From Anaerolineales bacterium (GTDB lineage Bacteria > Chloroflexota > Anaerolineae > Aggregatilineales > UBA2796): DNA of 64,000 bases. Made by a program: the position numbers and the translations under genes. Shown in pieces: positions 59,511 through 64,000 of this stretch (its first letter is position 1; the number at the start of each line of letters is the position of its first letter). The DNA is taken from the NCBI GenBank assembly GCA_015075625.1, contig JABTTZ010000001.1, positions 2,047,021 through 2,111,020 on the forward strand, read 5' to 3'. The notes under the pieces are model-generated. The model was not told where the DNA came from. It saw only the letters and a list, made by a program, of their open reading frames with translations, and ran no database searches.

Positions 59511-62345
59511 ATGCATGTTTCAACCGCCGCCGAACTCCGCGAGGCACTGCGTACCGCCACATCCGGCACAGAGATCGACCTTGCGCCGGGAGAATATGCC
59601 GGACCGTTTTTTGTCGATGTCCCGCTTCATCTGCGTGGGCAGGGGCGACAAACGGTCTTGTGGCGGCGGGCGGGTGCTGTTCTGGTTGTCCGCTCTGGCG
59701 GGGTGCGCTGTGATAATCTTTTCCTTGAACGAACGATACGGGCGGGCGTCCTTGTCGCCGCTCATAATGGATGGCAGCCAGTAGGGGTGGATTCTGTGTC
59801 TTTTGACGACAACGCACTCATTGATCTGGGCGAACTTGCCCCCACTTTGCCCTTTTCTCTGCCGCTGCTCATTGAAACAACGGCTGCGGCAACCGTTGAT
59901 CCTGCCGGATTGTACGGGGCGCAGATCACCCCCGATCATGTTCCGGCGGCAGGAGCGCACCACCTGACGCTGCACCTTGAAGGGGATGCCCTCCGGCGGG
60001 GCGAACTGCTCTTTGGGGAGATACTCATCCGCGAAGGGGAGACTACCCGCCGCCTATGGGTGAGCGGCGTCGTTGGGGAGAGCGCCGCCCCTTCCTTGCC
60101 GCTTGCCCTGCATACTGGGAAACATCTCATCCATGTTGGCGCACAAGGCTTGAGGTTGGATCGCCCCCGTGCCAAAGCGGTTGGGTTGGAAAGCCTTCGC
60201 CACATGCTTGTGATCCTCAATGAAGGGGGGATGCTCTCCCTCTTTCTGCCCGAAGATCACAATGGGGCGGTGACCTTGAATGGCATCTTTGTGCCGCCGC
60301 GTGCGCGGCGTCCGCTTAAACTTGGCGATTCGCTCGTCATCGGAGAAGATACGCTCACCCTTCAAGCCGAGGCAGAGCGCCCCTTCACCCTAGACCGCGA
60401 GGTGATTACCTTTCCAGAATTTCGTGCGGGCATACCCGATCCCGTTACCTTGACCATCACTGCCGGAAAAAACGGGTGGCGGGGAGAGGTTCTTGCCCCC
60501 CTCGCGTGGGTGACTGTTACCCCGGAGGGGGCTGTTCGCCTTCCGGCGGGACGCTCTGCCCAATGGACATTGACCCTCAACGAATCTGCCCTCGCCTTGC
60601 CCAACGGAACACAAACCATTGGCAATGGGGTGTTGATCATAGGGGGCGGTCACGCCTGTGATTTGGGCGTCACCCTCACCATTGCCCGCCCGCCCATTGC
60701 CCTTGACGCCCAACCCGTTGATTTTGGTGAGGTTGAGGCGGGCTTGAACGCCAGCCCTACGGCACGGGTGGGAATCATCAATTATGGGGTTGCCGCATGG
60801 AAGGGACGCCTGCAAAGTGCTGTCTCATGGCTGGAGGTTGTCCCTCCCACCGCCTTAGAGGGCGGGGCATGGTCGGCGGTAGAGGGGAGCGTTCGCCTTC
60901 TCCCTGATTGGAAAACGCTCACGGTGGGGACTCATACGTTTAAAAATGCCCTCACGGTGATTCCCCACGAGGGTTCCCCACTGGCAATTCCCATTCACGT
61001 TGTCGTCACGCCGGCACGCGGACATCTGACCCTTCCGAACGCCCAGATTGGCTTTCAGGAGGTGGAGCGAAACATCGTTCTGCCTAGCCAAGCCTTCACC
61101 TTATGGAATGAAGGCGGTGCCGCTTGGGAAGGGACGCTAACGGCGCGGCAAGGATGGGTGAGCGTTGATCCAGAGGAGGTGATCGTACCGCCGCATGGCA
61201 CGCTGGAGGTGCGGATCAACCTGCTTTCCGTTCCTGAGGAGGCAGCCCTTGATCAACCCTTTTTGGTGGACGAACTGATCTTCACGCCAAAAGGCGATTC
61301 ACTCCCCTATCCAGAGGTCGTCCCCGTCTCCCTAACGGTGGTTGAGCGTCCGCCCTTTCTGGCTGTGCAGCCCGTTCGCTTTCCACCTTTCGTGCGTGGG
61401 GAATTACCGGAGGGCAGCCTGACGATCTATAACCTCGGTCCAACGTGGTGGGAGGGGACAATCCGTGCGGCGCACTCGTGGCTGGTTGTCCCAGAGCGGC
61501 GCTTTACCTGCCCGCCGGAAGAAACGATCACCATCCCGATCAGCCTCAGCGATAAGGCGCAAACGGTGTTGAAGGTGGGCATCAGCACCTTTGAGAAGGC
61601 AATTGCGGTGCAAGGCGGGCGCGAACCTCTCGTTGTCAGCGCCTATTTTGATGTGCGCGATGAACCGGAAGGGGTGATCCTTGAAACGCCCACCTTGAAT
61701 TTTGGGCAGATCGGGGACAGCATAACAAATACCAATCCCCAAGTGATTCGCCTGCTAAATGCCGGTGCCGCCACCTGGACGGGGATGATCACGCTCAATC
61801 TGGACTGGCTTTCCTTCGAGCATCCCACACGGACGCTCCCTATCGAAATTCCCAAAGGAAGCACCGCCGAAATCAAAATCTTCCTTGCCGATAAAGCGCT
61901 CCGCCAACTACCGGGCATTATCAGTGAGAATGAGGCGATTACGATCAGTGGTGGGGGACAAGAAATCGTGGTACGGGTGATGCTGGTGTTGAGTGAGTCG
62001 GCGCCATGGGTCGCCATCAACCCGCCAGCGATCAGCCTTCGCAGTGGTGAGGAAACGACCTTCAAAGTGACGAATGAAGGGGGGCGGGCATGGACGCTAA
62101 GCACCCACCCCGCCCCCTATTTGCTCGCCGAACCAGCGGAATTCACCCTTGACCCCGGTAAGGCGCAAGTGATCACCATCCGCGTCGATCCGGCTTATGC
62201 TGATTTGCCTTCGGAATCGTTCAGCGATCCTCGCGGGGTGGTCATTATTGGACCCTCCCGCGAGAGCGATCTAACGGTGAACGTGGTAAGCGACACACCC
62301 CTTGCGACAGAGCGCGTCGCTGCACACTCGCCCAAACTATCCTAA
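59511..62345 (+). CDS. Large multidomain protein: N-terminal beta-helix-like cap, FHA domain, then 6 or more Ig-like/ASH-type repeats
   Basis: FHA signature [15 protein letters not shown]...[13 protein letters not shown]...[12 protein letters not shown]...[16 protein letters not shown]; repeated L-x-FG-x-V-x-G...I-x-N-x-G-x-A-x-W-x-G...SWL units; SD AAGGGGAAAGGGA. Confidence 0.7.
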   Translation: MHVSTAAELREALRTATSGTEIDLAPGEYAGPFFVDVPLHLRGQGRQTVLWRRAGAVLVVRSGGVRCDNLFLERTIRAGVLVAAHNGWQPVGVDSVSFDDNALIDLGELAPTLPFSLPLLIETTAAATVDPAGLYGAQITPDHVPAAGAHHLTLHLEGDALRRGELLFGEILIREGETTRRLWVSGVVGESAAPSLPLALHTGKHLIHVGAQGLRLDRPRAKAVGLESLRHMLVILNEGGMLSLFLPEDHNGAVTLNGIFVPPRARRPLKLGDSLVIGEDTLTLQAEAERPFTLDREVITFPEFRAGIPDPVTLTITAGKNGWRGEVLAPLAWVTVTPEGAVRLPAGRSAQWTLTLNESALALPNGTQTIGNGVLIIGGGHACDLGVTLTIARPPIALDAQPVDFGEVEAGLNASPTARVGIINYGVAAWKGRLQSAVSWLEVVPPTALEGGAWSAVEGSVRLLPDWKTLTVGTHTFKNALTVIPHEGSPLAIPIHVVVTPARGHLTLPNAQIGFQEVERNIVLPSQAFTLWNEGGAAWEGTLTARQGWVSVDPEEVIVPPHGTLEVRINLLSVPEEAALDQPFLVDELIFTPKGDSLPYPEVVPVSLTVVERPPFLAVQPVRFPPFVRGELPEGSLTIYNLGPTWWEGTIRAAHSWLVVPERRFTCPPEETITIPISLSDKAQTVLKVGISTFEKAIAVQGGREPLVVSAYFDVRDEPEGVILETPTLNFGQIGDSITNTNPQVIRLLNAGAATWTGMITLNLDWLSFEHPTRTLPIEIPKGSTAEIKIFLADKALRQLPGIISENEAITISGGGQEIVVRVMLVLSESAPWVAINPPAISLRSGEETTFKVTNEGGRAWTLSTHPAPYLLAEPAEFTLDPGKAQVITIRVDPAYADLPSESFSDPRGVVIIGPSRESDLTVNVVSDTPLATERVAAHSPKLS

Positions 62346-63475
62346 GACAATACATGCCCCACCCGCCGCGCAAACTCATCGAACAAATCCACCGCATCGT
62401 GCGGGCCCGGCGCTGCTTCTGGGTGGTATTGGACGCTGAAGGCGTTCAGATGGTCGGCACGTATCCCTTCGATACACTCGTCGTTCAAGTTGATGCGCGT
62501 CACAACCACCCCTTCGGGGAGGGAGCCGGGCGTGATGGCAAAGCCGTGATTATGGACAGTGATGGTCACTGCCCCGCTTTCGGGGTCAATCACGGGTTGG
62601 TTGCCGCCGCGATGCCCAAAGAGCAGTTTATGTGTTTTCCCCCCTAACGCCAAACCCAAAATTTGATGCCCCAAGCAAATTCCGAAAATTGGGATACGCC
62701 CAAGCAGCGCTCGTGTTGCCTCAATTGCGTAAGTCACGGCGGCAGGGTCGCCGGGTCCATTGGAGAGGAACACGCCATGGGGGTTAAGCGCCAAAACGTC
62801 CTCAGCGGTTGTTTGTGCCGGAACAACCGTGACGCGAAACCCTCGCGAGGTGAGCAGCCGTAATTGGTTGTGTTTGATCCCGAAATCGTAGGCGACGATA
62901 TGCCCACATGCTTCGTTGGGGGCTGCCTCCCCCGCCACATACCATGCTGGATCAGCCGCTTCTTCGTAGGTGTAGGGCGTTTGGCAGGTCACTTCCCTTG
63001 CTAGATCGAGGTCGTTCATCCCCGACCATTCCCGCGCTTGGGCGATCAGCGCAGTTGTATCCGCCGCCGCCGCGCCGTGCGCAATGACCCCCCGCATGAC
63101 GCCCTGTGTTCGCAAGCGCCGCACAAGGGAGCGCGTCTCCACGCCGCTGATGCCGATTACGCCCGCGTTTTTGAGATAGGCATCCAGCGTTGCGCTGCTG
63201 CGGTAATTGCTCACCGTTGGGCTGAGGTCACGCACAGCAAAGCCCGCCACCCACACCCGCTCCGATTCGGGATCATCAGCGTTAATGCCCACGTTCCCGA
63301 CATGGGGGACGGTGCAGACGACGATCTGGCGGTGGTAGGACGGATCGGTGAGTAATTCCTGATAGCCCGTCATGGACGTATTAAAAACAACCTCGCCCAC
63401 TTGGATACCCTCTGCCCCGAATCCTTGTCCTGGGTAGAGACTCCCATCTTCAAGTGCAATCACAGCCTGTGGCAC
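62342..63475 (-). CDS. carA: Carbamoyl-phosphate synthase small (glutaminase) subunit
   Basis: GICLGHQ catalytic Cys motif, class I GATase domain; GTG start with SD AAGGGAAA. Confidence 0.9.
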   Translation of the reverse strand: MPQAVIALEDGSLYPGQGFGAEGIQVGEVVFNTSMTGYQELLTDPSYHRQIVVCTVPHVGNVGINADDPESERVWVAGFAVRDLSPTVSNYRSSATLDAYLKNAGVIGISGVETRSLVRRLRTQGVMRGVIAHGAAAADTTALIAQAREWSGMNDLDLAREVTCQTPYTYEEAADPAWYVAGEAAPNEACGHIVAYDFGIKHNQLRLLTSRGFRVTVVPAQTTAEDVLALNPHGVFLSNGPGDPAAVTYAIEATRALLGRIPIFGICLGHQILGLALGGKTHKLLFGHRGGNQPVIDPESGAVTITVHNHGFAITPGSLPEGVVVTRINLNDECIEGIRADHLNAFSVQYHPEAAPGPHDAVDLFDEFARRVGHVLS

Positions 63476-63855
63476 AGCGCGTTTCCCTTTTCATTTTCGC
63501 TTGGTCAATAATCCGCAGCAACTCTAGCCGAAAAGGGAATAGGAATCAATCGTGGGGATGGACTACTCATCCAGCATAGCTATGCGCATAAGTGTACTGA
63601 TCCAACACCCCTAGCCCCCTCTTGGTTTACAGAAAAGGGGTTAGCGGTGGGGTGCGGAATGTTCGGTATCTTCTTGAGAGACTACTCGCCTACAGTATTT
63701 TTCAACGAGATTGACCCCGCAGTGGTTGACAGCCCGCTTATCACGATATACTTACCGATGGGTAGGCGGTGGCGATCAAGGGAAAACGAACGACGCCCGT
63801 CCTTCTTGTAAGAAGGCTGGTTGCAGTCCAACCAGTGAGGGTACTGCAATACACT

Positions 63856-63884
63856 TGACATTGGGCTGACCACCGCCTACAATA
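63856..63884 (+). promoter_or_regulatory. Sigma70 consensus promoter for tRNA-Leu (-35 TTGACA, 17-bp spacer, -10 TACAAT)
   Basis: ttgacattgggctgaccaccgcctacaat ending about 12 bp upstream of the tRNA 5' end. Coordinates may be off by 1. Confidence 0.55.
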
Positions 63885-63896
63885 GGTGAATACTTG

Positions 63897-63980
63897 CCGA
63901 AGTGGCGGAATTGGCAGACGCGCTACGTTCAGGGCGTAGTTCCCCAAAGGAGTGTGGGTTCGACTCCCACCTTCGGCACA
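63897..63980 (+). tRNA. tRNA-Leu (anticodon CAG), class II with 14-nt variable arm; CCA not encoded
   Basis: GCCGAAG acceptor stem pairing with CTTCGGC + discriminator A; D-arm GCGG/AATTGGCAG; anticodon stem CTACG/CGTAG with loop TTCAGGG; T-arm GTGGG-TTCGACT-CCCAC. Coordinates may be off by 1. Confidence 0.85.
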
Positions 63981-64000
63981 CAAGAAAACACCGCCTTTAG

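Noticed and set aside
63476-63660. PyrR binding loop in the carA leader
   Set aside because: GGCTAGAGTTGC resembles but does not match the UCCAGAGAGGCU core.

Overview
This 64-kb window is a high-GC bacterial chromosome segment carrying about 50 protein genes and one tRNA. Gene content (F420-dependent npdG, Nif11-type peptide, secreted GH9 cellulase plus GH4/kinase sugar route, no PTS) is compatible with a Chloroflexota-like organism, but that is inference only. Main content, from the window start (which cuts the C-terminal end of nrdJ, a minus-strand gene): (1) intein-containing class II ribonucleotide reductase nrdJ (minus strand, runs off the window start) with nrdR immediately upstream; (2) an AlkD-like DNA alkylation repair gene; (3) an MmeI-family single-polypeptide Type IIL restriction-modification enzyme followed by a tightly coupled trio (DnaB-C-terminal-domain-only ATPase, DegV, PP2C-like/beta-propeller membrane protein); (4) an 8-gene minus-strand beta-glucoside/cellodextrin operon (ROK regulator, 2x GH4 6-phospho-beta-glucosidase, BadF-type sugar kinase, ABC transporter, secreted GH9 endoglucanase) with a recognisable sigma70 promoter and 14-bp inverted-repeat operator; (5) an S58 peptidase operon; (6) a Nif11-leader peptide precursor with GG cleavage motif and Cys-free core, next to a divergent HExxH protein and two small membrane proteins downstream of secA; (7) an ABC-2 exporter, a Ser/Thr kinase fused to a periplasmic binding domain, a nucleotide-sugar dehydrogenase, npdG, an amidohydrolase, an SDR, and TetR with a stand-alone acyl-CoA mutase large subunit; (8) a flotillin, an M1 peptidase and an Fe(III) ABC transporter; (9) trpBA; (10) a four-gene vWA(TerY-like)-PP2C-Ser/Thr kinase-FHA module; (11) carA and tRNA-Leu(CAG) with a textbook promoter. 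Two families of short hairpin-rich intergenic repeats recur at roughly ten loci: a MITE-like element with CTTACGCAGTTG terminal inverted repeats, and a REP-like element with GAAA/UUCG tetraloop hairpins. No CRISPR array was seen. Coordinates I derived by hand may be off by 1 nt.
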